The notes under the pieces were generated by a model, which saw only the letters and a program-made list of their open reading frames with translations, was not told the origin of the DNA and did not search any database. Shown one piece after another: positions 52,355 to 64,000 of a stretch of 64,000 bases of DNA. The translations under genes were made by a program, and so were the position numbers. This stretch comes from Octopus vulgaris (lineage: Eukaryota). The first letter of the stretch is position 1. Each line of letters starts with the position of its first letter. Where the stretch lies: contig OX597817.1 in the NCBI GenBank assembly GCA_951406725.2, forward strand, positions 40,486,001 to 40,550,000, given 5' to 3'.

Positions 52355-55300
52355 CTGAAATAAAAAAAATAAACAAGAAATTATGGAAAATTACTTATTG
52401 GTTTACTTATTTCTTACTATACAAAAAAAATTAATATTTTGTTTTCTTATCCTAATGAAAGAAGAGGGACATCTCTAAACCAATGGGGGTAGCTTGTATG
52501 TGGTTATTTGATGTGTTATAAATAGCCAAATTTATCTCAAATTACACTTTCGTTTTAGAAAAGAAAAGTTGCCAGGATGCCTTTGATCACAAATTTGTTG
52601 AATCAGTGTTGACAGAGAGCACGAGAATAATTAGAGAGATAACCCCAATAATGAAAAGATAATGTGCCTAAAATAGGGAACAGCCTTGAAATAGTGAGTC
52701 TCTGCATCTAACAAAGCTTTATTGATTAGTTTACAATTGACTAGTGTGTCAGCCAGCTGTAGAAAAATTCATAACAGTAGTTGGGATAAAAATAATATTT
52801 GCTATACTCAATCTGTCAATATGTTAGCAACTTAAGTGATGTATTCACTGCAATTGCATGATTAGAATTGTTCATCATATGTGGTCCTTAATTAGCTTTA
52901 TTTGTCTAGATTCTCGGCATGGAAGGAAGTAATTTAACTATTTGAAAGAGCCTTATGAGCAAATAGACACTGACCTACAGATAAAAGGTACCTGAAACAA
53001 GCTTGCTAGACAAAGCCACTTCATTTTTAATATCAATATGTTGTCCTAAGATTTTTGAGAATTAAAAACAAATGAGCCATTGCTAGTTTGGAGGTAGTTA
53101 AGAGTTTGTGAAAATAGTTGTGGCTGCTTCATCAAGCATATGATGATACTTTAGTGGTTTGACATTGCAAGAAATATAATTATCATTACTATTAATTTCA
53201 TTGGATTTTATGATTACTAGAAATGTATGAATAGAAGGTGCTGAGCTGGCAGAAACGTTAGCACGCCGGGCGAAATGCATAGCAGTATTTTGTCAGCCGT
53301 TGCGTTTTGAGTTCAAATTCCGCCAAGGTCGACTTTGCCTTTCATCCTTTCGGGGTCAATAAATTAAGTACCAGTTACACACTGGGGTCGATGTAATCGA
53401 CTTGATCCCTTTGTCTGTCCTCGTTTGTCTCCTCTATGTTTAGCCCCTTATGGGCAATAAAGAATTAAGAAATTTGTGAATAGAAACCATGCCAAAACAG
53501 ACATTGGAGCTCAACACAGTCCTTCAGTTCATTGAATCCTGTCAGACCATCCAAAGCATGGAAGACAAATGCTAACTCTTTTGTTATCATATTTCTGTTG
53601 AGATGCTCTGTTTCTTCCAATTTTAAATATAACAAAGAATTTAGTAAAATAACTTAGTTATCATTAAGCTAGTGTTAGGAACATAAATTGTGACTAAGGT
53701 TTGGTGGAAAATTTTAATTAAAAACTTTTGAAAACAAGACATTTGTACTACAAAACCAGAGGCGGTTTCAGCCGGGTTGATATCAAAAGGGTTAAATGAT
53801 GATTGGTTTTGCTAATCATCAAAGACATGCAGTTAATAATACAATTCACCCTTTCTACTAAGACTTGAAATTTGTGGTACTTATTGACTCTGAAAGGATG
53901 AAAGGCAAAGCTTTTATTTATTACTACAAATCTATAGGAGTTGTACCCATATTTGGCAATTAATCTAAAATTGTTTTAGAGAAGGTAAATTGTTGATAAA
54001 ATTAATTAAATTAATGAAGGTGGCGATCTGGCAGAAACGTTAGCGTGCTGGGCGAAATGCTTAGCGCTATTTCGCCTGCTGCTACGTTCTGAATTCAAAT
54101 TCCGACTTTGCCTTTCGGAGTCGATAAATTAAGTACCAGTTATGCACTGGGGTCAATGTAATCGACTTAATCCCTTTGTCTGTCCCCCTCTATGTTTAGC
54201 TCCTTGTGGGCAATAAAGAAATAAGAATTAACTGTATATTACTGACAGTAAGAGATCATAGGCCAAATCCACTTCAGTGGCATCCTGAACTCAACTCGTT
54301 ATTAGATTCTCCAAAGCATTTTCGTCTGGAGTATTCCTGACACATTCATCTGTTCCTGCCTCTTCTATCATACTTTCACCTCCTTCACTACTATACTCCC
54401 TTAGTTGTGGTGACTTCATTAGTGCCAGTGCTATATAGAAAGCACCCAATACACTTTGTAAAGTGGTTGGCATTAGAAAGGGCACCCAGCTGTTGAAACT
54501 AGGCCAAAGCAAACATAATTTTATGGCTCATTGGTACCTGTTGGATCATCCAATCCATGCCGGTATGGAAAAGAGGATGCTAAACAATGATGTTCGAGGT
54601 TAGATGGCACTTTTTAAGGCAGCATTTTATAACCAGATATCCTTTCTAAGCCAATCTTCATTCTGTAAGGTATTTTTTTTTTATTTCGCTGGTCTTTGGA
54701 AGCACAAAGCAACTCGTTATAATGTCAACAAGGAATGCAAACATGTCACTGTTTTGCTCAGACATTTGTACTCATTCACTCACATAAACTAAGACAGATT
54801 CTCATACAATTCCACTCACAGAACATTGGGTGACCTGAAATAATGTTTGTAATTAACGATCCATTGGCTGTTTAGATTGGGTATTTAAGTACTATATTAG
54901 AACTGAAAAAAAACTGGAGGCAAGAATAAATGAATTGCTTTCAAATACAAGTTTTACATGGTGGTTAAGGGGTTGAACTCTTGATGATAAGGTGTGGGTT
55001 CACTTCCTGAATGAGACAGGGCTTTGTTCTTGAGCAAGGCACTTCATTTCACATGGTTTCAGTGTATTTAGCTGTAAACAAGTACCAGCCAGGTACTGGT
55101 GCAACCCTCTCTCCCCTCCCAGCTACCGCATCCTCAATGTTCCACACTGGGTCAAGGATATAAGAGCTGAGAGGGTATTTGTCTGCTTGGGATTACAAAG
55201 GCACCTAAAACAATTAGCTGAAGCCTTGTACAACTCATACAAATACTATGTCTTTGTTTTTAATATGAAATAATTTTGCTAGAGCAAATATAAATCTTAC

Positions 55301-55429
55301 CGGTCATTTACAGGTATTGATTTTGTATGTACAAAAGGTCGAGGATGTACAGAGGTCCAAATGTTATTTGGAAGATTGGGGATTTTGTAGTTTGAACCAC
55401 CTGTTTTCTTATTTCTGTGTACTGTAAAT
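55301..55429 (-). CDS. Unidentified gene, internal exon (alternative in-frame acceptor at 55414)
   Basis: Long pyrimidine tract plus caag|; FTVHRNKKTGGSNYKIPNLPNNIWTSVHPRPFVHTKSIPVNDR; cg|gtaag donor, phase 2 at both ends. Confidence 0.68.
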
Positions 55430-56629
55430 CTTGATAATTGAAAAAGAAAATAAAAGAAAATTATTATTATTATATTGCCTTTGTGGCCAATAAAACAAAT
55501 CATTATCTCTTTAGCATTTAAACCGGCCATATCCAACCCAAATATTCTATTGGTTTCATGTGTGATCAAGCCAGATCTGACATTTCACACCTACCCTCCA
55601 ATGTCATTCTAAAAATATAAATCACATCATTGAAATTTCAGAACTGCAAGATGATATAGGATGAATTCAAAACTATGTGAATAAATAAGCATAACACTTG
55701 ACAGAGTAATCTAAATGCTAAAGGGTTAAATTGCTGGCCTTGTACCAAAATTCGAAACAATTATTTAGGTGGTCAGCTGGCAGAATCGTTAGGACACCGG
55801 ACAAAATGTTTAATGGCATTTTGTTTGTCTTCACATTCTGTGTTCAAATGCTGCCAAGATTGACTTTGCTTTTCATCTTTCTGGGGTCAATGAAATAAGT
55901 ACCAGAATAGCACTGAGGTTGGTATAATCAACTAACCTCCTCCCACAAAATATCAGGCCTTGTGCCTATAATAGAAAGGATTATTATTGTTAATATCATC
56001 ATCATTATAGGTGGCGAACTGACAGAATTGTTAGCATGGACAAAACGCTTAGCAGCATTTCATCTGACTTTATGTTCAGCAATATATATTTACACACACA
56101 ACAGGCTTCCATATAGTTTCCATCTCCTACTTCCTCTTACAAGGCATTAATCAATCCAAGGCTGTACTAATTAACTATAAGCTGAACATTTATCTATCTG
56201 TGGATTTTTCACAGCTACCCACTAATTCATTTGTTTAACGTTAAGTTACTCTCTGTACCAAATGAGTTTTGTTAGTATCACTGATATTGCAACTTAAAAC
56301 AGGAATGTGAATTACAGTATGAAAGAGACAATAAGCATGTGCAGTCATCTCTTTTTTTTCTTCTATTTCAATGACTCCTTTGCTTACCATCTTTGCTATA
56401 AATACCTTAATTTACATTCCAATCTTCAGTTGCATGATCAGTGATGCTCAAGCCAGTAACAGAGAGAAATTTTAGCACTATAATATTTACCCCCACACAT
56501 GAGTGTATGTGTATGTAATATATATATTTGTGTGTATGTGCATGTAATATATATATATTTGTGTGTAATGTATACATGCATGGAAAAAGAGCACAGATGG
56601 CTGTAAACAGGGAAATCAATCATGAATGT

Positions 56630-57151
56630 AAACTGTAAAACTGTATACAGCTATGGTACGACCACACTTGGAATTCGCATCATCAGTTTGGAACCCCTAT
56701 CTTGCTCAGAACATTCACCTCCTGGAATCTGTTCAGAGACGTGCAACCAAACGCATACCCTCCATCAGACACCTACCATATTCTGAGCGCCTTGTTTCCC
56801 TGGGCATGGATTCACTGAAGCTCCGGCGTCTGGCGACGGACTTGGTAAACGCCCACAAAGTTGTCAACCACCTCACCAATAACAACACTGAACACCTTTT
56901 TGATCTCCATGTGTCTAACACACGTGGACATGCCTACAAAGTCAGAAAACAACACAGCTCCCATGACTTTCGGAAACATTTCTTCACGCTCAGAGTTGCT
57001 GAAGCGTGGAATAGACTGCCTGCGTCAGTTGTTGACTGCCATGACACTGCATCCTTTAAGGCCCTCATGCTTCCTGAAATCCGTCGAAACTACACCTGAT
57101 TATATATGCACTTTAGATGAGTTGTAGTGCACCTGAGCACTGTACACAATG

Positions 57152-57183
<32 letters not shown>
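56630..57183 (+). mobile_element. CR1-like LINE 3' fragment
   Basis: MVRPHLEFASSVWNPY...ESVQRRATK...TRGHAYK...RKHFFTLRVAEAWNRLP; (ATT)n tail. Confidence 0.9.
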
Positions 57184-57922
57184 GAAGTTCAATATATTCT
57201 TTGTTCTTATTTCCTGTTCATCAAAAAATGGGACTTTTTTTTCGCTGATTGCAATCTACAGGTCTGCCTGTAGATTCAGATAATTCTTAGATTATGTCTT
57301 CAATTGAAAGAAAAATCTAAGAAGACTGAATCTAAATTCCAGCATAGAAAAAGTGACATGAGGGGAGAAGGATGATCATCATCAACAACATTTAACATCC
57401 ATTTTCCATGCTAGCATGGGTTGGATGGCTTGCCAGGGGTGGCTCCAGGTTCAGTAGTCTGTTTTGGCATTGTTTTTACAGCCTGAAGCCCATACTAATG
57501 CCAATCACTTCACAAAGTATGCTGGGTGCTTTTTACATGGCACCATCTGTGCTGTTTACGCGGCACTTTCGTTTTAGGATCTCAATTCTGTTGTGTTGGG
57601 CAGGTATTCTGATGATGATGATGAAAGGACACAAATGTTTTGTCATAATCTCTAAAGTTTAATAATGTAGAATAATAAAGTTCTCGGTGTGCTTAGTGAA
57701 ATAAAGTTATTTCTAGTCAATTTTACTTTGTAAAGTGATTTTAGTAATGTACATATTTTCCCCCTAATTTGTTTTACTTCCTAAAATACCATCTGGCACC
57801 TCAGGTTGAGACCCCTGTCCTTGCTCTAAGGAGTTATCACAGAGTTGTATTACACACGTGCACACACAAAAATCAACTGATTCCAACATTTTCTAATTTT
57901 GTTAAAATAAGAAATATCTTAC

Positions 57923-58280
57923 CGAAACTTGTAGATGGTATTTGTTGTTTTGTAATTCTGTTCATAAAAAGAGTCCACTAAGTTTTGACTATCAACACTG
58001 GAAGACATTGAAGTGCTTTTTTGCTTAGCTGAATGTCGTCTTTTAAATAGAGACGTGCTCCAGCCTCTTTGCTTTTTGTTCTCTACATTTGACAACAATT
58101 TATCAATAGCGAAAAGATTTTTAATATCAAAGAAAGATTGCTCATTTGATGGTTGAGATGATAATTTAAACTGATTCAGTTCTTTCTGTTTTAAGAGCTT
58201 TCTATTGAAAAGAGTATTCTTCAAGTAACCAATTTTTTGCCGTAATTCTATATTGTTTACTTCAGGGTTTGTCCATACAA
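57923..58280 (-). CDS. Unidentified gene, internal exon; upstream exons not found in the window
   Basis: tttttcttaag| acceptor, cg|gtaag donor; open 358-nt frame VWTNPEVNNIELRQKIGYLKNTLFNRK...TIYKFR. Confidence 0.72.
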
Positions 58281-59784
58281 CTTAAGAAAAAACAGAAATA
58301 CAAGATATTAAAAAGTAACAATTTTGCATAGGTAAAGAAAAAATTTTAATTTAAGGAAAAAACTAATTAAGATTATTATTCAGAAATGGGATAGAACAAA
58401 GCAAAATGCAAGACTTTATTAGTGTTTACATATTTAATAAAAGCAGCATTCAAAAGCTAACTAGAAAAGGTTTTGCTGTAAGCTTAAGGAAAGTTGGTTT
58501 GTAAGTACAGGTTCAGTCCCATTGCATAGCATCTATTATAGCGCCAGGCCAACCAATGCTTTTTGAATGAATGTGGCAGATGGAAACTATATGGAAGCCC
58601 AATAAAGGCATCTCTCCATAGAAACCATGTCAAAGTAAACAGTGGGGCTTGTAACAGTTCTCTGGCTTGCCAGCTCATGTCAAACCATTCAACCTATGCT
58701 AGCATGGAAGGGAGACATTAAATGATGATGATGATGTATATTTGTGTGTTTCCATCCCTATAACTTAATAGTTCAGCAAAAGAGACCAATAGAATAGTTA
58801 CAAGATTTGAACAAGCATTAGGGTTGATTTGTTCAATTAAAACTCTTCAAGGCAGTGCCCCAGTATGGCCACAGTTCAATGACAGGAGCAAGATAAAATC
58901 CTGTCATGAGACTGGCTGATAGCTACATTTCTCCCATTCCTCACTTTGGTTTATACATCTTGCATTACTGGGCATTCTAGATTTACAGTGTGCAAAGTAT
59001 ACATACTCCCAGTGCTTCATTCTATTCTGGCAGCACCACACAGCACTCCCTCTACTGTGACTAATCAGCAAGACAACTTCTCTAATGTTAATGCCATGTA
59101 AAATGCACCCACTACAGGCCATGAAGTGATTGGCAAATGAGCAGAGTAAGTTTAGCCCTGTTTTGATGAGGACTACTCATCTCTAGTGTAGGTGCCATGA
59201 GAAAATGCACCCAGTACACAATGTAAAGCAGCTGACAATAGGAATGCCGTTTAAATAACACATACAAGTACCACTCTAGGGAATAGCAATTCCCAATAAG
59301 AAATGACAGCAATGACATTTAGTACAGGGAGAATTTTACAATGCTAACCAGAAATAAATATGTAGCAAAAATAAAAACAACATTAATGAATGTCATGCTA
59401 TTTGAATTTTTATAACAAGAACGAGACAACTTTGAGCATGTTTTGATCTTAGTTTGGCCTCATCAGTCAAGTACTACCTTAACTGCTTTTGGCTTAGAGA
59501 GAGAGCAATCTTGTAAGACCCAATTAATGCCAACATGAACTGCTTTGATGATCTACTTATAGATGCATTTTTATTAAAATAAATTTGTTAGCATCAATCC
59601 ATAATTGGTAAAATATAAGGTACGTATATTTGTTGTGTTTTACTAAAGATGATTTTGTTATCTGGCTCAAAGTCATCCCTGATCAAGTGGCACAAGGATC
59701 AAAAGTATTCCAGTCACATCTATCCCACCTTTTAAGGACATCTAAGATGTGATCTAATGTGCCCTTACCTTTCCCTCTTTTTAA

Positions 59785-62700
59785 CCCTTCATGGGCTGGC
59801 AGGGTCCCTTAGGACCCCAGCAACTTTTACATTTTTTATTTAAATGATTTTATATCTCATATCTTTTATTGTCAATAGTTCATGTATGCACAAACAAATT
59901 TTGAGTTAAAAATTTCCAGTCATTTGGATGTTATAGCATAAAATCTGGTCATTGGGGTCCAACTAGACCGCATTGGCCTTCTGTGAAATTATTTTTTTGT
60001 TCTTTTTTCAGTTGTTCTCATGAACTACAAGTCAATTTTCTTCGTATATGTACTGATATGAATCGATATACTAGATAATTTTGTTTTATTTTATATTTAG
60101 TGCTATATGTATAGTTTATAAAACTATAAAAAAATGTTGATTTCTTTCAATAAAGGTTTTTTTTTCAGTCAATAAATTATATTAAATGCAAATAATTACA
60201 AATATATACGAAGAATGTACCCCACAACATAGACTGGTAGTTAGTGACTTTAGGATCAGGACTAGGAGGACAACCAGAAGACGACCAATATGGAGAAGAA
60301 GGATCTGGAAGCTTAAAGATCCTGCAAATGGACAGAGATTTAGGGACATATTACTTGAAGCCTCTGACGAAGTAGAAGGGGATAGAGCATCACGGGGGGG
60401 TAGAAGACAGCTGGACGTTTCTAAGGGACAACCTGCCGAGAGCCACTGACCAGATCTGTGGCTGGTGCAAAGTCCCCTCTCGACCTAGAATAACGTGGTG
60501 GTGGAACAATATTGTAGACAGGGCTATTAGAGAAAAGAGACAGGCTTGGAAGGTCTGGAAAAATGGGGGTAGCAGGGAATTGTATCAGACTGCCAAAAGA
60601 GAAGCTAGGAGACAGGTTTATTTAGCCAGAGGGGAAGCAGATAAGAAAAAATTTGCCAATGTTCTGCGCCGTGAGGACCAAAGACTGGAGGTGTTTCGCG
60701 TTGCAAGACAGTGTGTGAGAGAGAATCGTGATGTGGTAGGAGAGAAGTGTGTTCGCATGGAAGATGGTTCACTTGCGCTAAATGAGGATGCAAAGAGAGA
60801 GGTTTGGAGATGCCACTATGAAAGATTGCTGAATAAAGAAAATGAATGGGATAAAGAGAGTCTGCCGAATGTTGACCCAACAGAGGGACCAGCTATCCGA
60901 GTTGATAGTTCCGTGGTAGCTAAGGCAATTAGAAGCATGAAGACAGGAAAAGCCCCAGGCCCATCAGGAATCACTGCAGAGATGCTCAAAATGTCTGGTA
61001 GTGTCGGCTATAGCCTAGTCACCCGTATAGTTAATCAGGTGATACACAAAGGAGTCATACCCAATGACTGGTGTAGCAGCATAATAGTCAACTGCTACAA
61101 AGGTAAAGGTGACGCCCTAGATACAAATAACTACAGAGGTATCAAGCTGTTGGATCAGGTGATGAAGGTTACGGAGAGGGCATAGCCCAACTAATTAGAG
61201 AGAGAGTTAGTTTAGATGAGATGCAGTTTCGGTTCGTGCCAGGGAAAAGTACCACTGATGCTGTATTCCTGGTAAGGCAGCTGCAGGAGAAATACCTAGC
61301 CAAAGATAAGCCCCTGTACCTGGCTTTTGTTGACATGGAGAAAGCCTTCGACAGGGTCCCCCGATCCCTTATCTGGTGGGCAATGAGGAAACTAGGGATA
61401 GATGAATGGTTAGTGAGAGCTGTGCGGGCCATGTATAGGGACGCTGCCAGTAGGGTGAGGGTTGGAAACGAGTACAGTGAAGAATTCCGGGTAGAGGTAG
61501 GGGTCCACCAAGGCTCAGTACTCAGCCCCCTCCTATTTATCATAGTCCTCCAGGCAATAACGGAGGAATTCAAGACAGGATGCCCTTGGGAGCTCCTCTA
61601 TGCTGATGACCTTGCTCTAATTGCTGAGTCGCTATCAGAACTGGAGGAAAAGTTTCAGGTGTGGAAACAAGGATTAGAATTGAAGGGCCTCAGAGTCAAT
61701 CTAGCTAAAACCAAAGTCGTAATCAGTAGGAAGGTAGACAAATCACAAACGCCTTCAGGTAGATGGCCCTGCTCGATCTGTAGAAAAGGTGTAGGTAGAA
61801 ACTCTATAAGATGCACCAAGTGTAAGCTATGGACACATAAGAGGTGCAGCAATGTCAAAGGAAGGCTAACTAGGAAGATGGTTTTTGTATGTGGCAGATG
61901 CTCATGAACAATAAACACTGAAAATGCTCTGAGACCAACTTCCGTCACTTTCCAGGGAGAAAAACTAGAAATAGTTGATAGTTTCCGTTACCTAGGTGAC
62001 CAAGTCAGCAGCGCGGCCGGCTGAGCTGAAAGTGTAACTGCTAGAGTAAGAATAGCTTGGGCAAAGTTCAGAGAGCTCTTACCTCTGCTGGTGACAAAAG
62101 GCCTCTCGCACAGAGTGAAAGGCAGACTGTATGATGCGTGTGTACGAACAGCCATGCCACATGGCAGTGAAACATGGGCCGTGACTGCTGAGGATATGCG
62201 TAAGCTCGCAAGAAATGAAGCCAGTATGCTCTGATTGATGTGTAATGTCAGTACTCATACTCGGCAGAGTGTAAGTACCTTGAGAGAAAAGCTGGACCTA
62301 AGAAGCATCAGTTGTGGTATGCAAGAGAGACGTTTGCGCTGGTATGGTCATGTGGCGAGAATGGATGAAGATAGTTGTGTGAAAAAGTGCCACACCCCAG
62401 CGGTTGAGGGAACCTGTGGAAGAGGCAGACCCAGGAAAACCTGGGACGAGGTGGTGAAGCACGACCTTCGAACTTTAGGTCTCACTGAGGAAATGACTAG
62501 AGACCGAGTCCTCTGGAAGTGTGCTGTGCGCGAGAAGACCCGGCAGGACAAGTGAGTCCATAACCCGTGGCCTTCTACATGGGATGGAGCCAGCCTACGT
62601 ATGCATACCTTCCCTTCTTGGGACACAAAACTCTACTTGTGAAGACCTGTTGAGGCAAATGAGGATCAGAATCGAAATCGATCAATGGAAATTGCAGATG

Positions 62701-63970
62701 TGTTACCAGTCCCGGTGGCATGTCGAAACTCTACTTGAGAAGACCCGTTGAGGCAAGTGAGGATCAGAATGGAAATTGCAGATGTGTTACCAGTGCCGGT
62801 GGCATGTAAGAGAACCTTCCGTTTCGCGACCGTTGCCAGCACCGCCCCGTTTCGTGTCCGTTGCCAGCCTCGCCTGGCCCTCGTGTCGGTGGCACATAAA
62901 AAGCACCATCCGTTCATGGCCGTTTGCCAGCTCTGTCTGGCACCTGTGCGGGTGGCACGTAAAAAGCACCCACTACACTCACGGAGTGGTTGGCGTTACG
63001 AAGGGCATCCAGCCGTAGAAACACTGCTAGATTTGACTGGGCCTGATGAAGCCTTCTGGCTTCACAGACCCCAGTAGAACCGTCCAACCCATGTTAGCAT
63101 GGAAAACGGACGCTAAACGATGATGATGATGATATACCTATAAAGTGCTAAATTTCATATTCTGTATTATGCATTCACACATTCACTTGTTTCAGTCATT
63201 TGACTGTGGCCATGCTGGAGGACCACCTTTAGTTGAGCAAATCGACCCCAGGACTTAATCTTTGTAAGCCTAGTACTTATTCTATCAGTCTCTTTTGTTG
63301 AAGCACTAAGTTATGGGGATGTAAACACATCAGCATTGGTTGTCAAGCAATGCTGGGGGGACAAATACAGACACACATACATATATATATATAAATATAT
63401 ACGACGGGCTTCTTTCAGTTTCTGTCAACCAAATCCACTCACAAGGCTTTGTGGTTGGCCTGAGGCTATAGTAGAAGACGCATAAGGTGCCACGCAGTGG
63501 GACTGAACTCAGAACCATGTGGTTCGTAAGCAAGATACTTACTACACAGCCACTCCTATGCCTACATATATAATATAATAAAATAAATAAATGCGCCCTT
63601 TTAAAGCCTAGCCAGGCTCATGGGCCCGATTTCCCGGTTTCAATGGCGTATGTGTTCCCCAGCTGGACAGGACGCCAGTCCATCGCAGCGTTACTCATTT
63701 TTGCCAGCTGAGTGGACTGGAGCAACGTGAAATGAAGTGTTTTGCTCAAGAACACAATGCGTCGCCCAGTCCAGGAATCGAAACCACAATCTTACGATCA
63801 TGATGCTGACACCCTAACCACTAAGCCATGCATCTCCACCCACCTACATATATACAAGATTAATAAAATATTACTTTATAGATAGTGCAAAAATGCGCAA
63901 AAATAAAAGGGAGTCCCTCAGAACCCCAATGGCCTTTTGTGTAATTCCAACCCCACCAGCCCATGAAGGG
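59785..63970. mobile_element. piggyBac-like element hosting a nested RTE and two SINEs
   Basis: TTAA|CCCTTCATGGGCTGG at 59781 and CCAGCCCATGAAGGG|TTAA at ~63956-63974. Confidence 0.82.
60210..63133 (+). mobile_element. 5'-truncated, inactivated RTE-clade LINE (EN end, RT with PHD-like insert, 3' UTR, (GAT)n tail)
   Basis: PQHRLVV, KAPGPSGITAE, NYRGIKLL, FVDMEKAFDRV, HQGSVLSP, LYADD, FRYLG, RLRWYGHV, GRPRKTW; frameshifts near 60400 and 61180, stops near 61905 and 62232. Confidence 0.95.
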
Positions 63971-64000
63971 TTAAAGATGGTAGGTGGTAGGGTGTGAGGT

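Noticed and set aside
60580-61907. Active LINE
   Set aside because: 5'-truncated, with frameshifts and in-frame stops.

Overview
Eukaryotic, AT-rich, microsatellite-rich DNA dominated by repeats. The SINE/LINE content and (TA)n/(GAT)n tracts resemble an octopus (coleoid cephalopod) genome; this is inferred, not proven. Four spliced genes can be reconstructed by hand, mostly missed by the ORF track: (1) the last three exons of TMTC4 (+; 401-515, 2021-2203, 8523-8659); (2) a complete, unnamed 4-exon gene (-; 23550 to 12853) for a 183-aa protein with a signal peptide, one CUB-like domain and a GPI-signal-like end, plus a possible alternative transmembrane last exon made from a LINE fragment; (3) a complete 4-exon RPP21 (+; 37109-47124); (4) the last three exons of an unidentified gene (-; 58280 to 52180). 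The rest is transposon-derived: RTE, CR1-like, R4/Dong-, CRE- and HERO-like LINE pieces, a Gypsy remnant, a mariner, several MITE families, a Helitron-like element and three tRNA-type SINE families. Best leads: a U6 snRNA copy fused to a SINE/LINE tail, tandem ORF1-only (HAL1-like) retroelements sharing a tail with a SINE, and the GPI-versus-TM isoform choice in the CUB gene. Family assignments come from recalled motifs, not database searches; repeat boundaries are approximate.
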